Below, piece after piece: positions 18,849 to 28,944 of a stretch of 64,000 nucleotides of DNA. The stretch covers positions 5,264-69,263 of the forward strand of contig JAAYOB010000002.1 of assembly GCA_012520575.1 (NCBI GenBank), read 5' to 3'. Position 1 is the first letter of the stretch. The number at the start of each line of letters is the position of its first letter. This DNA is from Candidatus Stramentimicrobium fermentans (lineage in GTDB: Bacteria > Atribacterota > Phoenicimicrobiia > Phoenicimicrobiales > Stramentimicrobiaceae). The notes beneath the pieces are model-generated. The model saw only the letters and a list, made by a program, of their open reading frames with translations, was not told the DNA's origin and made no database searches. The translations under genes and the position numbers were made by a program.

Positions 18849-20141
18849 CTACCCTTCAGAACAAGAAAATCCTTCCCTTTGTTTTTTCCTTTTTATACGG
18901 GCTAAGCGATGATCTAAATCCTTTCGCCACTCTGTTTTCACGCTCCCGGAAATGTTTTCCCGGTTTAACCTATGTAAAGCCTCTTCAACAATACTTTCAG
19001 CCTGACCATAGTCCTTCTTTTGGTGTTCATAATATTTTGCCAATTCTTCATAGGGATAGGGCGAAAAATCTCTACTTAAAGAGATAATATCACGCCAGGC
19101 GGCCTCTGCTTTGTCCCATTTTAATTGCTTCTTATAGGCAAAGGCACACAATCTTAAGGTTTCCACTGCCTCTTCATCAGAGAGGTCGCATTTTAAGGCT
19201 TCCTCATAACATTTGCTGCTATATTGAAAATCCCTATGTCCTTCAAATATTTTACCGATGCTGCATAAGTCTAATGCTGACTTTACCATCTCTAAGGGAT
19301 CTTCTAATACCTGACCAATCCTGGTAGCGAGAAGCACCAGGGAAATAATGTCCTGCTGATTGTGGGCAAATACCGGTTTAAGGGGCCGGGCATCTTTATC
19401 CAGCAGATAGCGAAAATAGACTTGGGGAATAAGATAACCGGGTATATCTCCGTTTCTCCTAATTTTCAAAACTTCCTTCTCAATATTTTGCAGGGTGCAG
19501 TCCTGTAGCCTCCTCTTCCATAGTCTGCGAGTGGGGAAGAGTAAATCAAGATGGTGAGAGGTATTCAAGTGAAAGGGCTGCCGCGTCATAATGTAGCGGG
19601 TCTGCAATAGAGGGAAATCATAACTTTTCCCATTATAAGTAACCAATATCTTAAAGCCCTGACCAAAAAGCTGGTTAACCCCCCATAAGAGGGCTTCCTC
19701 TTCATGGTAGTCCGACATAAAATATTGTCTGATATGGAACTCTTCGCCTCTAAAAAAGCCGAGGCCCAATAAAAAAATATACGTGCCGGAACCTCCCGCC
19801 AATCCGGTCGTTTCGGTATCAAAAAAGAGCATCTCTTCTAATTTGAACTCTTCGCCTCTCCTATTAAATTGCGGCAACCAAAGATGCAATCCGGGGGTAA
19901 AATAGCGTTGTATGTCGGATAAGGAGTTTTCACCAAAAGAGGTATCCGGGGTAATGATTCTTTCCGCATAGAAACAATTGCCATGCGGTGTCTCAATGGT
20001 ATTTCCGGGTACAATTTCCGAGACAGATGACTTATTGTTACTTTTTTTAGAAAAAGTATTTTTCTGATTACGGTTATTGCTGATTTGCTGTACTTTTTTC
20101 TTCAGACTCTCAATCTGCTCCAGTCGGTCACGTAAGTTCAT
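18849..20141 (-). CDS. RNase H-like (DEDD-type) exonuclease with C-terminal TPR region, YprB/MrfB-like
   Basis: FFDTETTGL DEDD motif. TPR-like C-terminus. Sits directly downstream of, and 2 nt from, the YprA-type helicase, as in the B. subtilis yprA-yprB (mrfAB) pair. Confidence 0.55.
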   Translation of the reverse strand: MNLRDRLEQIESLKKKVQQISNNRNQKNTFSKKSNNKSSVSEIVPGNTIETPHGNCFYAERIITPDTSFGENSLSDIQRYFTPGLHLWLPQFNRRGEEFKLEEMLFFDTETTGLAGGSGTYIFLLGLGFFRGEEFHIRQYFMSDYHEEEALLWGVNQLFGQGFKILVTYNGKSYDFPLLQTRYIMTRQPFHLNTSHHLDLLFPTRRLWKRRLQDCTLQNIEKEVLKIRRNGDIPGYLIPQVYFRYLLDKDARPLKPVFAHNQQDIISLVLLATRIGQVLEDPLEMVKSALDLCSIGKIFEGHRDFQYSSKCYEEALKCDLSDEEAVETLRLCAFAYKKQLKWDKAEAAWRDIISLSRDFSPYPYEELAKYYEHQKKDYGQAESIVEEALHRLNRENISGSVKTEWRKDLDHRLARIKRKKQREGFSCSEG

Positions 20142-20143
20142 AA

Positions 20144-22432
20144 TTAACGAATGGCCTCCTTCAGAATGAAGAGTGCACTCTGCTTCCCCTGTTTCCCAAC
20201 CTGATTAATGGGTCCCACACAGGAAGGACATCCTTCATCGCAGCCGCAATTTTCGATCAAATTACGAGCTGCCGCTAAGATTTTAGAGCGTAACTCAAAA
20301 ATTTTCTCACTAAAACCAACCCCTCCCGGGTAATTATCATAGATAAAGAGTGTGGGTAAATCGGTAAAAGGAGAGCGAACTTGGGCCACTGCTTTAATAT
20401 CATTGGGATCACACATTACAAATAAGGGGGCTACATTGACCAGAACATTGGAGAGAGCTAATAAGCCCCCTGCCAGGTCAAAGGCAGCACCGGGGGCAAT
20501 TTTTCCACCCACTAGCTGGGGAAAGGTTTCCGCTAAAATAAGCCAATAGGCAGTAGTATGCATATCCTCTGCCGGTAAATTAATCTTGCCATAACCCAAA
20601 TTTTCATGGGTATAGAATTTTACCTTTTTATACATAGTGGAGAGGGTAGTAATAGCTATCTCACCATGCTGATGGTAAACATTTTCTTCCTCATGCAGAT
20701 TAAAGACATCCATAACTTTAATATCACTCTCTACCTGGGCATCGGTATAATAATTGACCTCCACCTTCTTGGCATAAGCCTTATAATCATCATAATCAAG
20801 TTTGGTAATGGTGTATTGTTCACCCTCATGTATATAGATAGCCCCTTCAAATATGGTAGTGTGGACGCTTTCTCGGTCAACCTCTCCGATAACCTTGTCC
20901 ATTCCCTCCTCTACATCGATAATGGTAAAGTTATCCGGGGAAGCACTGCGCAGACTGATTTCATCAGCCGGATAGGCATCGCTCATCCAGTGCCATTTAT
21001 TTCGTGAGAAATGAAGAATTCCTTTATCCTCTAGGAATTGCAGTATCTCTTCCAGCTCTTCTGTACCAAATTTTTCCTCCGGGATAAAGGGGAGTTCAAA
21101 GGCGGCACATTTGATATGACTGATTAAAATACTCAAATTGTCAGGGTCAATAACGGCACTCTCCGGGGTCTCCTTAAAAAAGTAATCAGGGGAATTGATA
21201 ATATACTGGTCTAAGGGGATACTGGAGGCAACCAATATAGCCACTGAGGAGTGGGAACGCCGACCGGCGCGACCTGCCTGCTGCCAGGTACTGGTAATGG
21301 TACCCGGATAGCCGGCAATGAAGCAGGCATCCAATTGTCCTATATCTACCCCTAATTCTAAGGCATTGGTGCTGACCACACCCTTGATATGGCCCTCTTT
21401 AAGCCCTTTTTCAATCTCACGCCTCAGATTGGGCAGATAACCGCCCCGATACCCTCTTACTAAGTCGCGGTCTTGTCCCAATTTTTCAAAATAATCTTTC
21501 AGATAACTGGTCAAAAGCTCGGTGGCCAGACGGCTGCGGGCAAAAACGATAGTCTGTATATCGTGATTTAGAAATTTACTGACCAGGCGCGATGTTTCTT
21601 TAATCAAGCTTTTCCTTATACCGAGTTCTCTGTTGATTACCGGTGGATTATAAAAGAGAAAATATTTTTCTCCGCTGGGCGCCCCATTGTTATTAATCAG
21701 GGTAAATTTTTCTCCGGTAATTCTTTCCGCCAACTCCTGAGGATTGGCGATAGTGGCTGAACAGCAGATAAACTGCGGCTTAGAACCATAAAATTCACAG
21801 ATTCGTTTTAAACGGCGCAATACATTAGCCATGTGGCTGCCGAACACACCACGATAGATATGTATCTCATCTATGACAATATATTTCAAATTTTGAAACA
21901 ATCTATGCCACTTAGTATGGTGGGGCAATATACCGGTATGCAGCATATCAGGATTAGTGACAATGATGTTCCCCTGATTACGGATAGCCGAACGAGCTGA
22001 TACCGGGGTATCTCCGTCATAGGTGTGGGTACCGATAGATTTATCCAGGGCTTCTACCAACCGATATAGTTCTCTCAGTTGGTCCTGAGCCAGAGCTTTA
22101 GTGGGAAAAAGATAGATTGCCCGGCTCTCCGGCTCTCTGATAACCCTATTCAATACCGGCAAATTATAGCAAAGTGTTTTACCGGAAGCAGTAGGGGTAA
22201 CCACCACCGCATTTTGCCCCTCTTGGATAGCATTTAAGGCACTCACTTGATGTGAATAGAGCCTGGTTATGCCATCCTCTTTTAAACGGTTAATCAGTTC
22301 CGGCTTCAGCCAGCCCGGGTAATCGGCTAACTTGGCTTCCTGTGCCGGCAGATACTCCAGCGCAGTCAGGTATGGACGGATAGTATAATCCTGTTCCAGT
22401 TCCTGAATGATGGATTTAACATCACATTTCAT
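20144..22432 (-). CDS. DEAD/DEAH-box helicase with C-terminal DUF1998 Zn domain, YprA/MrfA-like
   Basis: Walker A TPTASGKT, DEAH box VIDEIH, helicase C motifs QQAGRAGR. C-terminal four-Cys cluster CGCDEGCPSCVGP. Confidence 0.7.
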   Translation of the reverse strand: MKCDVKSIIQELEQDYTIRPYLTALEYLPAQEAKLADYPGWLKPELINRLKEDGITRLYSHQVSALNAIQEGQNAVVVTPTASGKTLCYNLPVLNRVIREPESRAIYLFPTKALAQDQLRELYRLVEALDKSIGTHTYDGDTPVSARSAIRNQGNIIVTNPDMLHTGILPHHTKWHRLFQNLKYIVIDEIHIYRGVFGSHMANVLRRLKRICEFYGSKPQFICCSATIANPQELAERITGEKFTLINNNGAPSGEKYFLFYNPPVINRELGIRKSLIKETSRLVSKFLNHDIQTIVFARSRLATELLTSYLKDYFEKLGQDRDLVRGYRGGYLPNLRREIEKGLKEGHIKGVVSTNALELGVDIGQLDACFIAGYPGTITSTWQQAGRAGRRSHSSVAILVASSIPLDQYIINSPDYFFKETPESAVIDPDNLSILISHIKCAAFELPFIPEEKFGTEELEEILQFLEDKGILHFSRNKWHWMSDAYPADEISLRSASPDNFTIIDVEEGMDKVIGEVDRESVHTTIFEGAIYIHEGEQYTITKLDYDDYKAYAKKVEVNYYTDAQVESDIKVMDVFNLHEEENVYHQHGEIAITTLSTMYKKVKFYTHENLGYGKINLPAEDMHTTAYWLILAETFPQLVGGKIAPGAAFDLAGGLLALSNVLVNVAPLFVMCDPNDIKAVAQVRSPFTDLPTLFIYDNYPGGVGFSEKIFELRSKILAAARNLIENCGCDEGCPSCVGPINQVGKQGKQSALFILKEAIR

Positions 22433-22689
22433 TTTGCTGCTCCCTTATTTCAAGTAAATCATAAATTCTACTATAAATTAATATCGCTACCAGTATACCA
22501 TACCTGATGAAAAAACATGTATGAGCGAAATGCCAAGAGCTGCAAGCTTTTCATCGTTGACTTTAAGTTTTTTATTTATTATTAGGAATAAAGGAATAGG
22601 GTATGTTTGAAGTAGAGAAGACTTTCAATGTAACCCCGGACCGAATGCGAGGAAACAAGTATTCGAATAATTCTATTTTAAAAACAATC

Positions 22690-25422
22690 CTAATAAGTTA
22701 ATTTTAATTTTTTTAAGAGTTCTACAAAAGGAATGGGTGTTAAGGAGATAAAAATAACTACCAGCCATTGGACAGCAGTAAGTGCTGTTACTTGAAAAAC
22801 AGATTGTAAAAAAGGTATCAACATAACACCCAACTGTAAAAAAGCAGAGGCAATGATAGCCAGCACTAAATAACGGTTACTAAAAATACCTAAACTGAAG
22901 ATAGAAAATTTATTGGAGCGAGAGTTGAGGGAGTGAGCCAGTTGACTCAAACTCAAAGCACCAAAAGCCATAGTTTCACCAACCGCTAAAGAATACCGGC
23001 TATAGCCATAATAAAAAGCAATCAGGGTTATTGATCCAATAAAAACCCCTTGAGAGAAAATATTAAAGCCCATCTTGCCTGAAAAGAAACCTTCCTTGGG
23101 ATTACGGGGGTGTTGACTCATCACATCCCGTTCTGCCGGGTCTAGCCCTAAAGCCAAAGCAGCTAAACCATCGGTCACCAGATTGACCCAGAGAATTTGA
23201 ATAGGCAAGAGCGGACGTGGCCAGCCGATCAGGATAGCCACAAATATGGTTAAAATTTCTCCTAAATTGCAAGATAGTAAATAATTAATAAATTTTCTGA
23301 TATTCTGATAAATCTTTCGGCCTTCTTCTATGGCTCGCACGATAGAGTAAAAATTATCATCAGTTAAAACCATATCCGCTGCCTCTTTAGCTACATCGGT
23401 CCCGGTGATGCCCATAGCCACCCCGATATCCGCCTCTTTCAGTGCCGGTGCGTCATTGGCACCATCCCCGGTCATGGCTACCACCTGTCCGTTCTTTTGC
23501 AGAGCTTGAACAATCCTCATCTTGTGACGTGGCGATACCCGGGCAAAAATTGCAGTCTGTCCTACCACCTGTTCCAATTCCTCTTGAGACATCTGTTCTA
23601 ATTCTATGCCGGTAATTATTTTATCCTGGGGATAATATATGCCTATCTTCTCAGCAATCGCCTGGGCGGTTAGGGCAAAATCACCGGTTATGATAACGGG
23701 GCGAATTCCTGCCTGACGGCAAGTCTGCACCGCCTCAACCGCCTCTTTGCGGGGCGGGTCAATCATAGCAGCCAGCCCTAAAAAGGTTAACCCATTTTCC
23801 AACCGGTCAGGATCCAATTTTTTATTCTTATCTATTCCTTCCAACTCTTGAGGGCTTATACGCCGGTAAGCAACCGCCAAAACACGCAATGCCATGGCTG
23901 CTAATTCATTATTCCGTGCTATAATCTTTTCCCTAAAGCCATCAGATACAGTTAGTTCTTGTCCATCATTTCTAAAGGTAACACTGCGCTCTATAATACT
24001 TTCCGAGGCTCCTTTGGTAAACAGCATATAATCCCCTGCCGGTGTGCGGTGAATGGTGGACATTCTCTTCCGTTCAGCATCAAAAAGTACCTCCCTGACG
24101 CGGGGGTATTCTTTTTCCAATCCTTCCTTCTGATAACCTGCTTTGGCAGCAGCTACCACCAATGCTCCTTCAGTGGGATCACCGATAATCTCCCATTGCC
24201 GGTCATCTTCGTTCTTTCTTAAATAGGAATTGTTACAAAGTGCGGCGGCTTTTAATAAGAGAGATAGGGTTTCATAATCACGAGGACTAATAATGTGCAC
24301 ACCTTCCAGAAAATGTCCGGCAGGTTGATATCCTACACCTTCCACCTCAATCTCTCGTTCCGGCAAAACCAGTCTTTGTACTGTCATCTGGTTTTGAGTC
24401 AATGTTCCGGTCTTATCAGAGCAGATTACAGTCGTGGCACCTAAGGTTTCTACTGCCGGCAGACGTCTGATAATGGCATTTTTCTTAATCATCTGTTGTA
24501 CGCCTAAAGCAAGCACTATAGTGACAACCGCCGGTAACCCTTCCGGAACTGCGGCAACCGCCAGGGAAATACCGGTAAGGAACATATCAAAAAAGGGAAT
24601 TCCCCGCCAGTAGCCTAATAAAACAACAACTATTACTATTGCCAGGATAATTATTCCTAAGTTTTTTCCAACCTGGTTCAGCTTTTTTTGCAGAGGCGTT
24701 AACTCTCTTTGTTGTTCCTGCAACATCCCGGCAATTTGGCCGATTTCAGTATTCATACCGGTGCCAACTACTATTCCCTTGCCACGACCGGTTACTATCG
24801 TAGTGCCCGTATAAGCCATATTGAAACGGTCGCCCAACGACACCTCTCCCTGACTGGTCAGCTCCCGATCATTCTTTTCTACCGGTTCTGATTCTCCGGT
24901 CAATACCGCTTCTTGAATACCTAATTCAGTAACTTCAAATAGGCGTAGGTCAGCAGGAATCCGCTCACCTGCCTCTAAAAATACTATATCTCCGGGCACT
25001 AATTGAGTAGATTTTATTTTTTTCTGTCTTCCTCCCCTTAATACCAGGGCTTCCGGAACGGTCATCTTTTTTAAGGCATCGAGGGATTTCTCTGCTTTAA
25101 ACTCCTGTACTACGCTCAAGGTAGCATTTAAAATTACAATGATACCGATAATAATCGCATCAGTCACCTCTCCCAATAACACAGAAATAGCGGCAGAGAC
25201 TAATAAGATTATAATCAAAACATCGCTAAACTGGTCTAAGAACATCTGCCAGATAGTCCTTTTTCTACCCTCTTGCAATTGGTTCGGCCCGATTTTCTCC
25301 AACCGCAGCTCAGCCTCAGCAGGCGTTAGCCCCACCTGTAAAGAGGTTTTTAAATCCTGCTCGACCTCTGGCACTGTCTTTAAATAATATTTAACTGGTA
25401 CTTGCTCTATTTTTTCATTCAT
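22690..25422 (-). CDS. P-type cation-transporting ATPase, Ca2+ (P2A/P2B) type
   Basis: 910 aa. Phosphorylation motif DKTGTLT, TGES, hinge GDGANDAPAL. Ten TM segments. Confidence 0.85.
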   Translation of the reverse strand: MNEKIEQVPVKYYLKTVPEVEQDLKTSLQVGLTPAEAELRLEKIGPNQLQEGRKRTIWQMFLDQFSDVLIIILLVSAAISVLLGEVTDAIIIGIIVILNATLSVVQEFKAEKSLDALKKMTVPEALVLRGGRQKKIKSTQLVPGDIVFLEAGERIPADLRLFEVTELGIQEAVLTGESEPVEKNDRELTSQGEVSLGDRFNMAYTGTTIVTGRGKGIVVGTGMNTEIGQIAGMLQEQQRELTPLQKKLNQVGKNLGIIILAIVIVVVLLGYWRGIPFFDMFLTGISLAVAAVPEGLPAVVTIVLALGVQQMIKKNAIIRRLPAVETLGATTVICSDKTGTLTQNQMTVQRLVLPEREIEVEGVGYQPAGHFLEGVHIISPRDYETLSLLLKAAALCNNSYLRKNEDDRQWEIIGDPTEGALVVAAAKAGYQKEGLEKEYPRVREVLFDAERKRMSTIHRTPAGDYMLFTKGASESIIERSVTFRNDGQELTVSDGFREKIIARNNELAAMALRVLAVAYRRISPQELEGIDKNKKLDPDRLENGLTFLGLAAMIDPPRKEAVEAVQTCRQAGIRPVIITGDFALTAQAIAEKIGIYYPQDKIITGIELEQMSQEELEQVVGQTAIFARVSPRHKMRIVQALQKNGQVVAMTGDGANDAPALKEADIGVAMGITGTDVAKEAADMVLTDDNFYSIVRAIEEGRKIYQNIRKFINYLLSCNLGEILTIFVAILIGWPRPLLPIQILWVNLVTDGLAALALGLDPAERDVMSQHPRNPKEGFFSGKMGFNIFSQGVFIGSITLIAFYYGYSRYSLAVGETMAFGALSLSQLAHSLNSRSNKFSIFSLGIFSNRYLVLAIIASAFLQLGVMLIPFLQSVFQVTALTAVQWLVVIFISLTPIPFVELLKKLKLTY

Positions 25423-25499
25423 CGGTTAAATTTAACACCTCGCCGAACTAACATTATAATTTTACTCAAAATACTTTTTAAGTAGGGGTATATTTTTCA

Positions 25500-26030
25500 G
25501 TTCCTGTATGCATCCACCAAAGCTCTTGCCCTTATCGGATAAGCTTGTTAAAAGGCTGCTGTGTATTTTTAGAGTTTGGCGGCAGTGCTCTCGGTAAAAT
25601 TGTTTACCTTCCCCAGAAAGGGCAACCAGCACCTCCGCCTATCCTGTTGGGCACGGCACCTTTGCAGCAATCCCCGTTTAATCAGGCAGTCTACCATACT
25701 GGTCATAGTATTGGGGACAACTCGAATTAATTGAGAGGGCTTGCCCATAGATACAAATGTTTCTTGCCTAAATATTCGATAATAAAGTGTTTACAAATGC
25801 TTAAAGTTGGACCTTCCTTGCTACAAGAACACCGGGCAACATGTAGCCGGAGCATTTCCATTAATTTAAGAAGGGGCTCTCCATGTTACTGGCGGCCTTT
25901 CCCCCCGGCTTTACTTCCCTGCCCATTCTCATAAGCAAGAAATAGCCCTATCGTACGAATATCGTATATTGTAATTTTTGTTCTATCAATATGGTAGGAA
26001 CCTGCACTCGGAAAGTCAAGATAATGCCAA
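25500..26030. other. GC-rich structured non-coding island between the P-type ATPase start and the creatininase gene; unassigned (possible ncRNA or leader)
   Basis: GC content is clearly above the surrounding AT-rich intergenic DNA. Long imperfect hairpin GGCGGCAGTGCT...AGCACCTCCGCC (25579-25639) enclosing GGTAAAattgTTTACC. Nested palindrome CTTATCgGATAAG. Only short unconvincing ORFs. Confidence 0.3.
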
Positions 26031-26385
26031 CGAAAAAAGATAATACACCTTAAAAATTTGTTCCTGCCAATTTTTCTTAGTTGTTTTAGTTCTCTTCTTA
26101 AAAATCTAAAATAATCTCAGCTAGCTTCAAAGCTGGATCCTATCGGAAAATGCCAGAGATTGATAAACAGGTTGGCCAGAAGGCCTATGCCTGAACCATC
26201 TGTTCTTTTATGCCGCTTTATTTTCGCTATTTACTTTTCAAAGGATTTATCAAGTTAAATTTACTGCTTAGGTTGAATATTTTTTATTGAATTGGCAGAG
26301 TATTTTGGGTGATAAAGAGATTATTGATTTAAAAAAATAGTTGATTTAAATTGTTTTATTTACATTCCTATTTTTGCTTATTAAT

Positions 26386-27162
26386 TTAATTAGCCAGCCC
26401 ATTCGCAATATCATCAAACAAATATGAAAACTCTTGGACCATGATCTGAAAGAGCTCTTTTCCTGTGCTTTTTAAAGCTGCCCTAGGCTCTCCAATAACT
26501 CCAATATCGCTATAATGAGAAAAAGGCCTATACTGGTGTATTCTTTTGTTTGTGAACATGCCGGGCTGAAAATATTTTTTAGCTTCTATTATTCCCCCCA
26601 TTAAATTTTCAGTATCAACAAGGTCGGGAGACAGGTAAAGTTGCAATGAAGTTTCTAGCTCCCCGGCATGCCCCATTCCTCCTTTTTGTGACCTTTGAGC
26701 TTTTTGGATAATTTCTGAAAAATAATTATAGTATGTTACGAGTATAGGGTAAATATTATGACTTGCTCCTAATTCATCAACCACTGTTCTTAAAATTCCG
26801 ACATTCCCCCCATGGCTATTTATAATTAGAATATTCTTTATTTTATGAGCATCTAGACTCACACAAATATCCAAAACGAAGTTGCTAAAAGTTGCCTGTC
26901 TTAAGGTTATGCTGCCGCAAAAATCCATGTGATGAGGCGAATAACCAACCCAAATAGGTGGTAAAATTAACACTTTTTCCTTTGCTAGCAAAGCTGCTTC
27001 CTCTATTAAACGATATCCGATTGTTGTATCTGTTTCCAAGGGCAGATGAAAACCGTGCTGTTCACAAGAGCCTACGGCAATAACAACTACTGTTTTATCG
27101 TCAATATAAGACTTCAGTTCATTAGATTTAAATTTAACCCAATAAATATTTTTGTTTTTCAT
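26386..27162 (-). CDS. Creatininase-family amidohydrolase
   Basis: GSCEQHGFHLPLETD metal-binding motif of the creatinine amidohydrolase / MftE-like family. Confidence 0.75.
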   Translation of the reverse strand: MKNKNIYWVKFKSNELKSYIDDKTVVVIAVGSCEQHGFHLPLETDTTIGYRLIEEAALLAKEKVLILPPIWVGYSPHHMDFCGSITLRQATFSNFVLDICVSLDAHKIKNILIINSHGGNVGILRTVVDELGASHNIYPILVTYYNYFSEIIQKAQRSQKGGMGHAGELETSLQLYLSPDLVDTENLMGGIIEAKKYFQPGMFTNKRIHQYRPFSHYSDIGVIGEPRAALKSTGKELFQIMVQEFSYLFDDIANGLAN

Positions 27163-27420
27163 GATACGATAATTACTCCTTCTTACAGTTTTATTTGTAC
27201 TAATTTTAAATAGTGTCTACGCTTTAGTCTAAACTAATCTAAAAAAATTGGCCATGCATGTTCACTTTCCTATAGAATATTTATAACCGAAAGGATTAGC
27301 ATAGGAGGAGCAGAAGCACACTTGACCAAAATCTAACCGTATTATCATTTTAATTACAGCGTACTTGGACACGGATATAAAAGAATGTAAGCTGCTTAGC
27401 CTATACAGGTCGCCTACTTG

Positions 27421-27744
27421 CTATGGTTTATCAATAAATTTACTTGAATTTATTTTTATAATGATGTTTTCTATTAAATTTTGTCCAATTTCCTGGTTTA
27501 ATATATTGATAATTTCACCTTTTCTAATAACTATTTCGCTTGCCCAGATATGGTTTTTAACCATTAAAAAAAGATTATTATTCTGAATTTTCAGTGGTTT
27601 GGTATTTAGGGCAATTTCAGGAGGAAGAATATCTTCCCAAGAATCAAAAAAATTGTAACCATCGACTCTCTGTGTCCAATTGCGCGATTTAAAAAATGAT
27701 TGGACAATCTCATTGATATGTCTTGGTTCCTTACTCTCCATCAT
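27421..27744 (-). CDS. DUF721-domain protein (DciA/RemB-like) downstream of recF
   Basis: 107 aa. The pattern W..I..P.I...T.P..I.N..L.V.V..S.WA.E......EI...LN matches DUF721. Overlaps the recF stop by 14 nt. Same position as Rv0004/dciA and B. subtilis yaaB. Confidence 0.55.
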   Translation of the reverse strand: MMESKEPRHINEIVQSFFKSRNWTQRVDGYNFFDSWEDILPPEIALNTKPLKIQNNNLFLMVKNHIWASEIVIRKGEIINILNQEIGQNLIENIIIKINSSKFIDKP

Positions 27745-28882
27745 TCTGCATTGTCCCGTCCTTTATTCGGAATATTTTTGAGGAGGAATTAATATTATAT
27801 TGTGTCAAGTCTTCTATATCTATACTGGTAATAAAAGTTTGCAGAGGCCTTTCTTTGATTATTTTCATTAAAAATAATCTTCTTTCTGAATCAAGCTCTG
27901 ATAAGACATCATCTAGCAGCAAGGGGGGGTACTCACGGTCTTTCTCCTTCAATAGTTCCAATTCGGCCATTTTCAGAGCTAACACTGCGGTGCGCTGCTG
28001 CCCCTGGGAACCATAAATACCTAAATCCACTAAATTGTTCATAATAAAGTAATCATCTCGATGGGGACCGACAGTGGTTACTTTAAGTCTTAAATCTTGT
28101 TCTTTGGCCTGGCTGAGTTTCTGTTCAAAAATATTTCCTATCTCCTCATTATCTTCTGAAAAAGATGTTAAAATATTACTGTTATATTTTAGTTTTAAAA
28201 CTTCCTGGTTTTTAGTCATCAATTGATGTATGATTTTAACTTTTTGATTCATTATTTGTAAGGTTTTCACCCTATACCGGATAATCATGCTTCCTATTTC
28301 TACTATTTTCTGGTCCCAGACAGTTAAGTGTTGCTCTAAATTGCTTTTACTTTCTATGCTCTTTAACAACATATTTCTCTGGAATAGTACGCGGCTATAG
28401 TCCCTTAGGTAGCGTTCATAGATAGGATTAAGATTAATAATCACCTCATCCAAAAATTTTCTTCTAACAGAGGGAGAGCTTTTAATGATTTGCAGGTCTT
28501 CTGGTGTAAATATTACCGGGGTGAATCTTTTGGTGAGCCAGGATTTTTGCCGGTATTTTTTATTTACTTTGATAATTTTTTTGGCTTTTTTAGGCAGGGA
28601 ATTTATCCGGTCAATGTCTTGGAGTAGAATATTAATTTGAAATTTTTCTTTATTTTTACTTACTTCCCCTAAAATATAACTTTCTTTTTCAGACCAGTTT
28701 ATTAAATTGGAATCCTCTTTGGCTCGGTAACTATTTCCTCTTAGTAAGGTATAAATCGATTCAATAACATTTGTTTTACCTTGGGCATTATCGCCTATGA
28801 AAATGTTTAAGGAGCTATGAAAATTAAAAGAAGCATCTTTAAAATTTCTAAAATTAATTAATCTAATCTTATCAACATTCAA
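27731..28882 (-). CDS. recF: DNA replication and repair protein RecF
   Basis: N-terminal Walker A GDNAQGKTN. SMC-like signature and Walker B near the C-terminus. dnaA-dnaN-recF synteny. Confidence 0.85.
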   Translation of the reverse strand: MNVDKIRLINFRNFKDASFNFHSSLNIFIGDNAQGKTNVIESIYTLLRGNSYRAKEDSNLINWSEKESYILGEVSKNKEKFQINILLQDIDRINSLPKKAKKIIKVNKKYRQKSWLTKRFTPVIFTPEDLQIIKSSPSVRRKFLDEVIINLNPIYERYLRDYSRVLFQRNMLLKSIESKSNLEQHLTVWDQKIVEIGSMIIRYRVKTLQIMNQKVKIIHQLMTKNQEVLKLKYNSNILTSFSEDNEEIGNIFEQKLSQAKEQDLRLKVTTVGPHRDDYFIMNNLVDLGIYGSQGQQRTAVLALKMAELELLKEKDREYPPLLLDDVLSELDSERRLFLMKIIKERPLQTFITSIDIEDLTQYNINSSSKIFRIKDGTMQNDGE

Positions 28883-28944
28883 ATAATTTTTCCTTCCTGT
28901 ATTATCCTCACCTACGCCCTTATAGGAGTGTTGTCCTCACTGGA

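Noticed and set aside
25545-25934. Two short plus-strand ORFs (61 and 67 aa) inside the GC-rich island.
   Set aside because: No RBS, Pro/Cys/Arg-rich translations without family resemblance. The region is better explained as structured non-coding sequence.
25500-26030. Tested whether the GC-rich island is RNase P RNA, tmRNA, SRP RNA, or a cobalamin, SAM or M-box riboswitch.
   Set aside because: GGAAAGTC and GGGCAGG-like fragments and a GUUUACC segment occur. But the ordered conserved blocks were not found on either strand: the P4 halves for RNase P, GGUCCGGAAGGAAGCAGC for SRP, the tRNA-like TTCGA...CCACCA end for tmRNA, and the B12 box.
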